NCBI GenBank assembly: GCA_964354805.1
Contig: CAYHBD010000009.1
Location: forward strand, 32,001-96,000
From: an uncultured archaeon
GTDB taxonomy: Archaea > Iainarchaeota > Iainarchaeia > Iainarchaeales > GCA-2688035
Length of the DNA stretch: 64,000 nt
Reading direction: 5' to 3'
The notes beneath the pieces are model-generated. The model did not search any database. It worked only from the letters and a program-made list of their open reading frames with translations, and was not told the DNA's origin. Made by a program: the position numbers and the translations under genes. Each line of letters begins with the position of its first letter. The stretch's first letter is position 1. Of this stretch, positions 21,407-30,015 are shown piece after piece.

Positions 21407-21456
21407 GCACAAAATTTTTAATTACTTGCCGATCTTTCTATTTTTGGGTTTTCCTA

Positions 21457-21921
21457 TTGCTCTGCTATATTGCATCCGACCACGGCGGCTTTTCCTTAAA
21501 AGAGTTCCTGAAAGAAAACCTGAGCAAAAAATTTGAAGTAAAGGACTTAGGCTGCTACAGCGAGGAAGGCTGCGATTACCCCGATTTCGCTGAAAAGGCT
21601 GCAAAAGCTGTTGCAGAAAGCAATGGAAAGGCTTTGGGAATCCTCTGCTGCGGAACAGGCATTGGAATGAGCTTGGCAGCAAACAAGGTTAAGGGCATCA
21701 GGGCTGCTGTTGTGTACGATGAATTCACTGCAAAGATGGCAAGGGCGCACAACAACGCAAACATTGCCTGTTTCGGCGGAAGAAACATTGAAAAGGAAAC
21801 TGCTTTGCAATTGGCTGAAATCTTTTTGGCAACAGCATTTGAGGGAGAGCAAAAAGAAGGCGCAAGGCATTTGCAAAGAGTGCGGAAGATTGCTGAAATT
21901 GAAAAGAAATACTTTAAATAA
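21457..21921 (+). CDS. rpiB: Ribose-5-phosphate isomerase B (RpiB/LacA/LacB)
   Basis: ASDHGG, DYPD, CGTGIGMSLAANK, HNNAN, RH..RV; TTG start. Confidence 0.93.
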   Translation: MLCYIASDHGGFSLKEFLKENLSKKFEVKDLGCYSEEGCDYPDFAEKAAKAVAESNGKALGILCCGTGIGMSLAANKVKGIRAAVVYDEFTAKMARAHNNANIACFGGRNIEKETALQLAEIFLATAFEGEQKEGARHLQRVRKIAEIEKKYFK

Positions 21922-21943
21922 AAGGAAACCCTAATTGGTATAG

Positions 21944-23818
21944 ATGCTTTCGGGAAAATTCATTGCAATAACAGTGATTCTGTTTGCTTTGATGAACTCA
22001 GCCGGCGCTGCAACCTACTATTGTGACCCTGTTGCCGGAAATACTCGGACAGGCGATGGAAGCAGCGAGAACCCATGGGGAACACTGCAGTCTGTTGTGG
22101 CGGCGGGTTACTTTAACGGTGTAAAGATAAAGAGCGGTGATACGTTAAGGCTTGGCACTGGATTTCACGGCATATTTGACCTCAATGGCACACCGAAAGG
22201 TACTGCTAAAAAGAACACTGTCTGTAAGAATACTGACTATATCACTATCGAGGCAGATACCAGCGCTATTGCCGATCTCAACTTCATCTGGCTCTACCAT
22301 TGCGAGTATTGGCATTTTAAGGGCTTGCGAGTTAGTCCAAGTTTCTCAAATCAAGTGACAAAAGAGGCAAAATTAGCTACTGGCGGAAGTATAGTTTATA
22401 ATAAAACCGGTAGCAAGCATATAATTATTGAGGACTGTAACATTTTTACCACCTCGGATGACATTTTTTCTGCATGGGATGCCTACGAACGACACGACAT
22501 GGCCTATACTGGAATCACATTCCCCTATATGAGCTATGTTACAATCCACGGAAACTTTATACATGATGTAGCCGATGGAATTGCTGCAGGAGGCAGTGCT
22601 TCAAACCCTGGAAACTACAACCTGATAGAACAGAACACGATTAACAACTTTGGTGACGATGGAATTAAGACTTGTGTTTCAAATAGTATTATTCAGGATA
22701 ACACTATCACAAATGTCTATAAAATGCTCTGGTACATTAAGGAGGACGGCACGCCTGAATGGACTCATTCCGACGGGATACAGTTTCTCGAACTTCCATA
22801 TCCTACCATACACGATGTGATAATAAGACGCAATTATATTAATGCTCGCACAGACCCCAACCGCGACCGGGATTTTGAAACCCTTGACAGTCACGCCTTA
22901 CAAGCAACTTTCCTTGATGGACTTGTCAATGGTGTAATTGAAAATAATATCATCATGGGCGGTCATTACACTCGCGGCATTAGCATCAATACATATGCTG
23001 ATAATGTTAGAATAGTAAATAACACATTAGAAAGACCTCAGGGATTTACAACAAGTACAAGACCAGTCATACACATACCAACCGGCAGTGTCGACAGGCA
23101 TAAATGGGGTTCCAGAAATGTCATAGTTCGCAACAATATCGCCTACGGATTTCCGCTTGACAGCAATGAGCTTACAGCTCACCCTTATTCTGACTATTAT
23201 GAAAATGTTGTTGTTGAGAATAACTTTGACATTGATAGTATAGTCGGCTATGACCCCAATGTTCAATTTGTCGATTATGCTAACGGCAATGTGCACTTGG
23301 CTGCCGACAGCAATTTCATTGACACAGGCAGCAGTGAAGATGCTCCAAACGAAGACCTTGATAAAAATTTACGGCCCCAGGGGCAAGGCTATGACATTGG
23401 AGCATACGAATTCCAAAGCGGCGCACAACAAACCTGCGCAGGCACAGACGCAAGCTGCGGCGTTTACCCAAACTGCCAAAACTGCAACTCGCAGGATGGC
23501 TGTGACGGAAACACACTCAGAGACTACTATTGCACTGGCACAACCTGCACTTTCACAGAAGACGACTGCTCGGATTGCAGCTGCAACTGCGGGGACTACA
23601 ACGCAACAGAATCAATCGCAAACAACAACTGCGCTGATAGCAAAGACAACGACTGCGACACAAAAACAGACACAGCAGACGAAGGATGCCAAGCAGCAGA
23701 ATGCATTGACACGGCAAAAATGACAAATTACATAGGGCAATGGAAACAAGGGCAAATGACAATGCTTGCACTAATGCAAAAAATGAAACAATGGAAAACA
23801 GGAACAGGATGCGCTTAA
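21944..23818 (+). CDS. Secreted right-handed beta-helix protein with choice-of-anchor-Q-like end, Cys-rich metal-binding repeat and C-terminal W-K helical module
   Basis: Signal peptide; ATYYCDP..G..GDGS.ENPW.T; repeated I..N.I; HSDGIQ; RPQG.GYDIGAYE; C.D.KDNDCD..D..D.GC. Confidence 0.8.
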   Translation: MLSGKFIAITVILFALMNSAGAATYYCDPVAGNTRTGDGSSENPWGTLQSVVAAGYFNGVKIKSGDTLRLGTGFHGIFDLNGTPKGTAKKNTVCKNTDYITIEADTSAIADLNFIWLYHCEYWHFKGLRVSPSFSNQVTKEAKLATGGSIVYNKTGSKHIIIEDCNIFTTSDDIFSAWDAYERHDMAYTGITFPYMSYVTIHGNFIHDVADGIAAGGSASNPGNYNLIEQNTINNFGDDGIKTCVSNSIIQDNTITNVYKMLWYIKEDGTPEWTHSDGIQFLELPYPTIHDVIIRRNYINARTDPNRDRDFETLDSHALQATFLDGLVNGVIENNIIMGGHYTRGISINTYADNVRIVNNTLERPQGFTTSTRPVIHIPTGSVDRHKWGSRNVIVRNNIAYGFPLDSNELTAHPYSDYYENVVVENNFDIDSIVGYDPNVQFVDYANGNVHLAADSNFIDTGSSEDAPNEDLDKNLRPQGQGYDIGAYEFQSGAQQTCAGTDASCGVYPNCQNCNSQDGCDGNTLRDYYCTGTTCTFTEDDCSDCSCNCGDYNATESIANNNCADSKDNDCDTKTDTADEGCQAAECIDTAKMTNYIGQWKQGQMTMLALMQKMKQWKTGTGCA

Positions 23819-23864
23819 AGCAACCAGTGATTTAAATAAAACCCTTTTCCTATTACATTAATCT

Positions 23865-24284
23865 ATGTTTGAGTTATTCGAGCACAAGGCAGACATTGGA
23901 GTAAGAGGCATTGGCAAAAGCAGGGAAGAAGCTTTTGCAGAATGCGCAAAGGCAATGTTCAGTTTCATAGCTGATTTGAAAAAAATTGAGGCAAAACAAT
24001 GGAACGAGATTGCGGTTGAAGCAGGCGATTTGGAAACGCTTTTGGTTAATTTTTTGAATGAATTGCTTTACCTAAAAGATGCAGAAGGAATGCTGTACAG
24101 CAGGTTTGACGTATACATAACCGAAGAGGCCGGGAAGCAGGCGCTGAAAGGAAAAGCGGGCGGCGAAAAAGCGGACAAAAAAAAGCACGCGCTCAAAGCC
24201 GATGTGAAAGCTGCTTCCTTTCACCAATTGAAGGTTGCAAAGGAAAAAGGCAAATGGATTGCGCAATGCGTTGTGGATGTTTAA
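23865..24284 (+). CDS. Archease
   Basis: EH.ADIG, L...LNELLY, VKAASFH, terminal VDV; adjacent to rtcB. Confidence 0.95.
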   Translation: MFELFEHKADIGVRGIGKSREEAFAECAKAMFSFIADLKKIEAKQWNEIAVEAGDLETLLVNFLNELLYLKDAEGMLYSRFDVYITEEAGKQALKGKAGGEKADKKKHALKADVKAASFHQLKVAKEKGKWIAQCVVDV

Positions 24285-24327
24285 ACACCTTTTCTTTTAG
24301 AAAAAGAAAAGCTGTACAAAAAGAAAA
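24285..24327 (+). repeat. REP-like hairpin family copy (ACACC...GCTGT variant)
   Basis: ACACC-TTTTCTTTT-ag-AAAAAGAAAA-GCTGT-ac-AAAAAGAAAA, directly after the archease stop. Confidence 0.7.
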
Positions 24328-24363
24328 TAAAAACATGGCAAAATAATTGAAAAAGGCATATTT

Positions 24364-25797
24364 ATGGATTTCAAAAAATTGGGAAATGCGCTCTGGGAAA
24401 TGCCCAAAGAAGCAACAATGCGTGTCCCTGCCAGAGTTTTTGCAACAGAGAAACTTTTCAAGGAAATAGAGCAGGGGGCAATGCAGCAGCTGGTTAATAC
24501 AGCAGCCCTGCCAGGAATTCAGACAGCAGCGCTTGGAATGCCTGACATGCACTGGGGGTATGGATTTCCAATTGGCGGAGTTGCTGCATTTGATGCAAAA
24601 GAGGGCGGTGTTGTCAGCCCTGGGGGGATAGGTTTTGACATCAACTGCGGAGTTCGCCTGATCAGGACAAACCTTTCGGCACAGGAAATAAAGCCCAAGG
24701 TGCGCGAATTGATTGATGTTTTGTTTAACCTTGTTCCGGCAGGTGTTGGGGGGAAAGGGAAAATTAAATTGAATGAAGCGCAGTTGAGGGAGCTGCTGCA
24801 GCATGGGGCGCGCTGGGCAGTGGAGAATGGCTATGGCTGGGAAAAAGACTTGAAACACATTGAAGAGAACGGCGAAATGAAAGGCGCAAATCCTGCAAAG
24901 GTTTCCCAAAAGGCATTGCAGAGGGGAATGCCCCAAAGCGGCACTCTCGGCAGCGGAAACCATTTCCTTGAAATCCAGAAGGTTGAGCAGGTTTTTGACG
25001 AAAAGATTGCAAAAAAATTCGGCTTGTTTCAGGGGCAGGCAGTGGTAATGCTGCACTCAGGAAGCAGGGGCTGCGGCCACCAGATTGCGACTGATTACAT
25101 TGATGTAATGCTTAATGCAATGCAAAAATATGGCATCAGCGTTCCTGACAGGCAGCTTGCCTGCGCTCCGATTGAAAGCAAGGAAGGCCAGGATTACCTG
25201 CTGGCAATGAACTGCGGCGTGAACTATGCATTTGCAAACAGGCAGGCAATGATGCACTGGACAAGAGAAGGGTTCGCACAAATTCTTGGACAAGATGCTG
25301 AAAAGCTCGGCATGGATCTGGTTTACGATATCTGCCACAATGTAGCGAAATTTGAACAGCACGAAATCGGCGGAAAGAAAAAAGAGGTTTTGATTCACAG
25401 GAAAGGAGCCACAAGGGCAATGCCTGCAGGCAGGAAAGAGAACCCCGCTGATTATATGCTCACAGGGCATCCTGCAATAATCCCAGGCAGCATGGGAACA
25501 GCCTCTTATGTGGTTGTTGGAACTGAATCTGGCTTGAAAGAAGCATTCGCTTCTGTAGCACATGGAGCAGGACGCGCAATGTCTCGCACAAGCGCAATGA
25601 AGATGAAGCGCGGTGAGCAGGTGAAAAAGGAGCTTGAAGCAAAGGGCGAGGTTGTAAAGGGTGCCTCATGGGCCGGCCTGGCTGAAGAGGCTCCCGAAGC
25701 ATACAAGGACATTGATGAAGTAATCAAATCAATCGAGCTGGCGGGAATTGGCTTAAAGGTTGCAAAAATGGTGCCATTGGGAGTAATGAAAGGCTGA
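24364..25797 (+). CDS. rtcB: RNA-splicing ligase RtcB
   Basis: MPDMHWGYGFPIG, GFDINCGVR, GTLGSGNHFLE, HSGSRG, HNVAK, PGSMG, HGAGR, EEAPEAYK. Confidence 0.98.
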   Translation: MDFKKLGNALWEMPKEATMRVPARVFATEKLFKEIEQGAMQQLVNTAALPGIQTAALGMPDMHWGYGFPIGGVAAFDAKEGGVVSPGGIGFDINCGVRLIRTNLSAQEIKPKVRELIDVLFNLVPAGVGGKGKIKLNEAQLRELLQHGARWAVENGYGWEKDLKHIEENGEMKGANPAKVSQKALQRGMPQSGTLGSGNHFLEIQKVEQVFDEKIAKKFGLFQGQAVVMLHSGSRGCGHQIATDYIDVMLNAMQKYGISVPDRQLACAPIESKEGQDYLLAMNCGVNYAFANRQAMMHWTREGFAQILGQDAEKLGMDLVYDICHNVAKFEQHEIGGKKKEVLIHRKGATRAMPAGRKENPADYMLTGHPAIIPGSMGTASYVVVGTESGLKEAFASVAHGAGRAMSRTSAMKMKRGEQVKKELEAKGEVVKGASWAGLAEEAPEAYKDIDEVIKSIELAGIGLKVAKMVPLGVMKG

Positions 25798-25939
25798 CTC
25801 GCATTTGGTATTGAAAGGGCATGCAATACCATGTTCCGCTTGGGGTAATGAAGGGGCAGGATTCTACAGCAAGGCAGGCTTATAAAGTGGTGTTGAAACA
25901 GCTCCAAACCCCAAAAAAATAGCCCTTAAATTAACTTTT

Positions 25940-25965
25940 TTACGTGAATACGTAATATTTAAATA
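25940..25965 (+). promoter_or_regulatory. Inverted repeat TTACGT-gaat-ACGTAA plus TATA box TTTAAATA upstream of the surface-protein gene
   Basis: TATA ends about 22 nt before ATG 25987 (leaderless-type spacing). Confidence 0.5.
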
Positions 25966-25986
25966 CTACTTGCTACGCTAATTCTT

Positions 25987-27663
25987 ATGATGAAGCCAAT
26001 TTTAGTCATAGCGGCAATTGTGCTCATTTTGCTTTCGTTGCATTTAGGCAGCGTGCAGGCTGCTGAATGCACTGATGTATTCGTGGATGCGCAAGATGTT
26101 GAATTGCGCGGGAACAGCACTGAATACTTTTATTTCCCAATTGAAAACCAGCGCGATGAAACATTTGATATTTATGCTGTTGTTGCATACAAGGAAGATG
26201 CAGACAGCCCCTTTACCATTACTGTAAGTGATTACAGCGATGAAATCGAAGCAGATGGTGAAGGAGAAATCGAATTAAGGGTTGTTGCAAGCGGTGTTGA
26301 CGATGACGAAACCGGCACAGCTTACATTCAAATAAGGGGCTATGTTGGAGATGAATACTGCACTTTTGGTGAAATTGAAGACGCTTATTTTGCAGTAACT
26401 GTTTCAACAGGAAGCACTGGAACGCCCTTATGTGGAAGCATTCATTTGAATGCAAGCAATGTTTCCATTGACGAGAATTCGGCAAAAATAGTTTCTTTTA
26501 CAATTGAAAACACCTCAAACAGGAACTTTGATTTGGATGGAATTGAGGTATCTGAAAACAGCAGCTATTTTGATGCAGAACTTTATTCAAAGCCGGACAG
26601 CATTGACAGCCATGAAAGCCAAACATTCAGGGTGAGAATTGAGGCAAACCAGGTCAGCGCCGACAGGCAGGGCGAAGTTGAGCTAAGGGCAAAAGGCGAG
26701 TTCAGCAACGGCACATATTGCCATTACGATGATTCTGAAGAGGAATCCTTCACTGTAAACGTTGAAAATACCGGCACCCAGCCAAGCCCAGAACCACAGC
26801 CAGGCAATGAATGCCCAGACATTGCTTTGGACAAGCATATTGTAAGGGTTGCCCAGGGAGAAACTGTTTACACCACTTTTCAATTGAGGAATTTTGCAAG
26901 AGAAAACTTTCTGGTTGATTATATAAGTATCTTTGACGGAAGCAATAATTTCAAGGCAGAGCAGAACGGCTATGCAAAGGTTGTGCCAGCTTCGGGGAGC
27001 GCTTTTGTTAATGTAAAGGTTCAGGCACACGATTTCGCTGTGCCAGGCAGTAGGGAAAATGCCTTTGTTGAAGTAAAAGGCCATTTCCAGAACCAGGAAA
27101 GCTGCTCTTTAAGCGGCAATGGCCTTAATACATTTGAGGTAATAATTGAGGAAAAGGGCGCGGCAGCAGAGCCTGATACAGCGGATTTTGCAGCAGAGGA
27201 ATGCAGCCTTTTTTCTTTGATTACACCTGTCTCAATGAAAATTGACGGCAATGGCAGTGTTCCAATTGTAATCGTTAATAAGGCTTATTCAAGGGCAACT
27301 ATTTTGCTTTACGGCCCCGGATTGACCATTAACCCATCCTTTATCAGCGTTGCGGAAAACAGCACAATAAGCGAGGACATTTTGGTTGAAAGCAAATTGC
27401 CTCAGAGCACTCTTGTTTTCACTGTTGATTCGCCCTTGTGCAAAACAGAGAAAAGGACAGTAATAATCAATTCAAAAGCAGCTGCTTCGGCAACTCCGGT
27501 TGCTCCGGCTGAAAAGCCCCAGCCAGCCAATCCAGTAGATGGAACAATTAAAAGCGTTCAGGGAGCGATTGCAACAGGCTTCGCTGTTTTGAACCAGAAC
27601 CTTGCATTAGTCGGACTGGTTATTTTGATTGCAATAATTCTTTTCTTCATTCTGAAAGAATGA
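25987..27663 (+). CDS. Membrane-anchored surface protein with three about 125-aa Cys-bracketed Ig-like repeats
   Basis: Signal peptide; three repeats C....V.....F.I.N....F..D.I....F.A...V.G.F....C; Pro/Ala linker; ATGFAVL plus C-terminal TM. Confidence 0.8.
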   Translation: MMKPILVIAAIVLILLSLHLGSVQAAECTDVFVDAQDVELRGNSTEYFYFPIENQRDETFDIYAVVAYKEDADSPFTITVSDYSDEIEADGEGEIELRVVASGVDDDETGTAYIQIRGYVGDEYCTFGEIEDAYFAVTVSTGSTGTPLCGSIHLNASNVSIDENSAKIVSFTIENTSNRNFDLDGIEVSENSSYFDAELYSKPDSIDSHESQTFRVRIEANQVSADRQGEVELRAKGEFSNGTYCHYDDSEEESFTVNVENTGTQPSPEPQPGNECPDIALDKHIVRVAQGETVYTTFQLRNFARENFLVDYISIFDGSNNFKAEQNGYAKVVPASGSAFVNVKVQAHDFAVPGSRENAFVEVKGHFQNQESCSLSGNGLNTFEVIIEEKGAAAEPDTADFAAEECSLFSLITPVSMKIDGNGSVPIVIVNKAYSRATILLYGPGLTINPSFISVAENSTISEDILVESKLPQSTLVFTVDSPLCKTEKRTVIINSKAAASATPVAPAEKPQPANPVDGTIKSVQGAIATGFAVLNQNLALVGLVILIAIILFFILKE

Positions 27664-27731
27664 AGCAAAAAATCTAGCGCTTATTTTTTATTCATAAAAA
27701 CAAAAAAAAACTGTTACGGGGGTGAAACTAA

Positions 27732-27884
27732 ATGGCAAAGAAAACAACAAAGAGAAAGAGCATGCGATCAGCAAGAAAAGTTGCGAGAAAAGCAAGCCCT
27801 GTTTACAGGATAAACACGGCTTTCAAGCAGCCAATCAATTTCTTGCAGAACGGATTCACTTCCATAATGAGCTATTTTAAGTAA
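27732..27884 (+). CDS. Small basic protein (50 aa; not in ORF track)
   Basis: SD GGGGGTGA; MAKKTTKRKSMRSARKVARKASPVYRINTAFKQPINFLQNGFTSIMSYFK; followed by a terminator-like hairpin. Confidence 0.65.
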   Translation: MAKKTTKRKSMRSARKVARKASPVYRINTAFKQPINFLQNGFTSIMSYFK

Positions 27885-27897
27885 ATCCAATAGCACA

Positions 27898-27938
27898 GGG
27901 GGAATTTGAAAATTCCCCGCTTTTTTTCTTTTTTTTTG
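27898..27938 (+). terminator. Hairpin plus T tract
   Basis: GGGGAATT...AATTCCCC followed by a long T run. Confidence 0.55.
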
Positions 27939-28037
27939 AATTCAACAACCAGTAGAAACAATTAACGAATTACCATGTAAGGCATAACACAAAAATTTAT
28001 TAACAAAATAAACGCTAATATTATTGAGTGATTTGCA

Positions 28038-28430
28038 ATGAAAATACCAAGAACGCCAGCATGGTTAGAGCGCGAAAGAATATGCCCTTCGACGGACTTT
28101 ATATCTAGAACAGAGGCGGTCAAAGGACCCCTAGTGATCAAACGAGGGCGCATAGTTGCAGGCTTCGAAGATGCCCTTCGCTCTGGGCGTATGAGCCAGG
28201 CGCAGTATTTAGGGGTATACATGAAGGATAACAAAGTTTGGATAACCCATAGGCTGAACTATGACCCTGGGTATAAATTAAGTTATTGGAAATTAAGGAA
28301 TCCACAAGTAATGGCCCTTAGGGTTATTGAGCCAGTAGCTTTGCGCAAAATGGGGACTTCCCGTCCCAAGCCTCGCCGTACCTCCACCCTAAAAAGGCTT
28401 TTTAAAGCTTTCCGAAGCAGAATTAAGTAA
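28038..28430 (+). CDS. Hypothetical basic protein (orphan-like)
   Basis: 130 aa ORF, atypical codon style, TTTATTAA upstream, Arg/Lys-rich C-terminus. Confidence 0.55.
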   Translation: MKIPRTPAWLERERICPSTDFISRTEAVKGPLVIKRGRIVAGFEDALRSGRMSQAQYLGVYMKDNKVWITHRLNYDPGYKLSYWKLRNPQVMALRVIEPVALRKMGTSRPKPRRTSTLKRLFKAFRSRIK

Positions 28431-28439
28431 TATATTGCG

Positions 28440-28606
28440 TACACTGCATCTGTTGCAAGTGCAATGGATGTAAATGCCAATAAGATTGCATTTTCTGATT
28501 GGCGAATTTTTTTGAAGTAGCTCTGCTGCTTCAGCAATGGAACTTGTTCCGTTGATTGCATAGTGTAGATTCGGTGAGCATGAAATGGCAAGCAGGCAAC
28601 GCTTGC
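28440..28606 (+). ncRNA. Candidate structured 5' leader RNA of the L3 ribosomal operon
   Basis: Five consecutive hairpins with several G.U pairs and a closing stem TACAC/GTGTA. Confidence 0.55.
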
Positions 28607-28626
28607 ATAGAAATGGTGAAAATTGA

Positions 28627-29895
28627 ATGGTCAGGAGAAGCAGTCCTCATCGAGGCAGCATTGCTTACTATCCGAGAAAGCGGGCTGCAAGGGAAACAGC
28701 CAGCTTCCGCTCTTTTGCTTTGCCAGCCGGTTCGGCTGCAGAGCAATGCAAGCCGCTGAATTTTTTGGGATACAAGGCAGGCATGACACAGGTTATTGGG
28801 AGGGACACGCACCAGGCAGGCGTAACATTCGGCCAAGAGGTTGTTGTTCCGGTTACGGTAATCGAGTGCCCTGCTCTAAGTGTTTTTGGAATAAGGGCTT
28901 ATGCAAAAAACGAGAAAGGCTATGGAACCGCGCCTCTTTTTGATGTTTTTGCCCAGAACATTGACAAGAGATTGCTGAAAAAAATAACGGCTTTCAGGCA
29001 CAGGCAGCAGAAAGGGAAAGGGGAAAAAGCCGGAGAAAAAAGCGGGGATTTGGGAAAAGAAGCAGCTGGAAAAAAAGAGAATTTGAAGAAAGAGGGGAAA
29101 AAGCACGCAGCAGAAAAGCCGCTGAAAACCATTGATGATTTGGAAAAGGCAAAGGAAAAAATTGTTTCCATAAGGCTGTTGTGCCACAGCAGGCCTGCTT
29201 CAACAAATATAGGCAAAAAGAAGCCTGATGTAAGCGAAATTGTATTAAGCGGCAGCAGGGAGAAGCAACTGCAGTATGCGAAGGAAAAGCTTGGAAAAGA
29301 ATTGAATGTTAAGGATGTTTTTGCCGAACAGCAGTTTGCTGATGTGAAAGCCGTAACGAAAGGAAAGGGAACGCAGGGCCCTGTGAAAAGATTTGGCATT
29401 AAAATCCAGAGGCGAAAGGCAAAAACACTGAGGGTTGTTGGCAGCATTGGGCCATGGCATCCTTCAACAGTAATGTTCACTGTGGCAAGGCCAGGGCAAA
29501 TGGGCTACCACAGCAGGACAGAGCTGAATAAAAAAATCATGCGCATTGGAACAGCGGCTGAAGCCGATGCAATCAACCCCAGCGCGGGTTTCACCAATTA
29601 TGGAATTCTGCAAAACGATTTCATTCTGCTTGCGGGAAGCATTGCAGGACCTGTGAAAAGGGCAATCAGCCTTAGGCATAATGCCAGGGCAGCCCCTGCG
29701 CAAAGGCACAGGCTTGAATCAATTGACTTCATTGCATCAAGCAGGGAAAAGCCTTCAATCGAACTGGAAGAGGGCGTGAAAGTAAAGCACATTGTTGCGG
29801 AAAAAGAGGAAAAGAAAGAGAAGAAAAGCGTTGCAGACGAAATCGCCGCAGCGGCAAAAGGCGAAGAGCACAGGGAGAAGCCAAAGGGGGCATAA
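28627..29895 (+). CDS. rpl3: 50S ribosomal protein L3 (with K/E-rich insertion and tail)
   Basis: GS.AYYPRKRA, GYKAGMT, TKGKGTQGPVKRFG, GQMGYH.RTE.NK. Confidence 0.97.
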   Translation: MVRRSSPHRGSIAYYPRKRAARETASFRSFALPAGSAAEQCKPLNFLGYKAGMTQVIGRDTHQAGVTFGQEVVVPVTVIECPALSVFGIRAYAKNEKGYGTAPLFDVFAQNIDKRLLKKITAFRHRQQKGKGEKAGEKSGDLGKEAAGKKENLKKEGKKHAAEKPLKTIDDLEKAKEKIVSIRLLCHSRPASTNIGKKKPDVSEIVLSGSREKQLQYAKEKLGKELNVKDVFAEQQFADVKAVTKGKGTQGPVKRFGIKIQRRKAKTLRVVGSIGPWHPSTVMFTVARPGQMGYHSRTELNKKIMRIGTAAEADAINPSAGFTNYGILQNDFILLAGSIAGPVKRAISLRHNARAAPAQRHRLESIDFIASSREKPSIELEEGVKVKHIVAEKEEKKEKKSVADEIAAAAKGEEHREKPKGA

Positions 29896-30015
29896 GGGCA
29901 AAAAGGGAAAAACAAGATAGAAATAAAAAGTACTGAGAATAAAGAGGGATTGAAAAAAATTAAAATTTAGAAAAAGAAAACTGGAAAAAATAAGAATTGA
30001 AAAAATTGATTTTTT

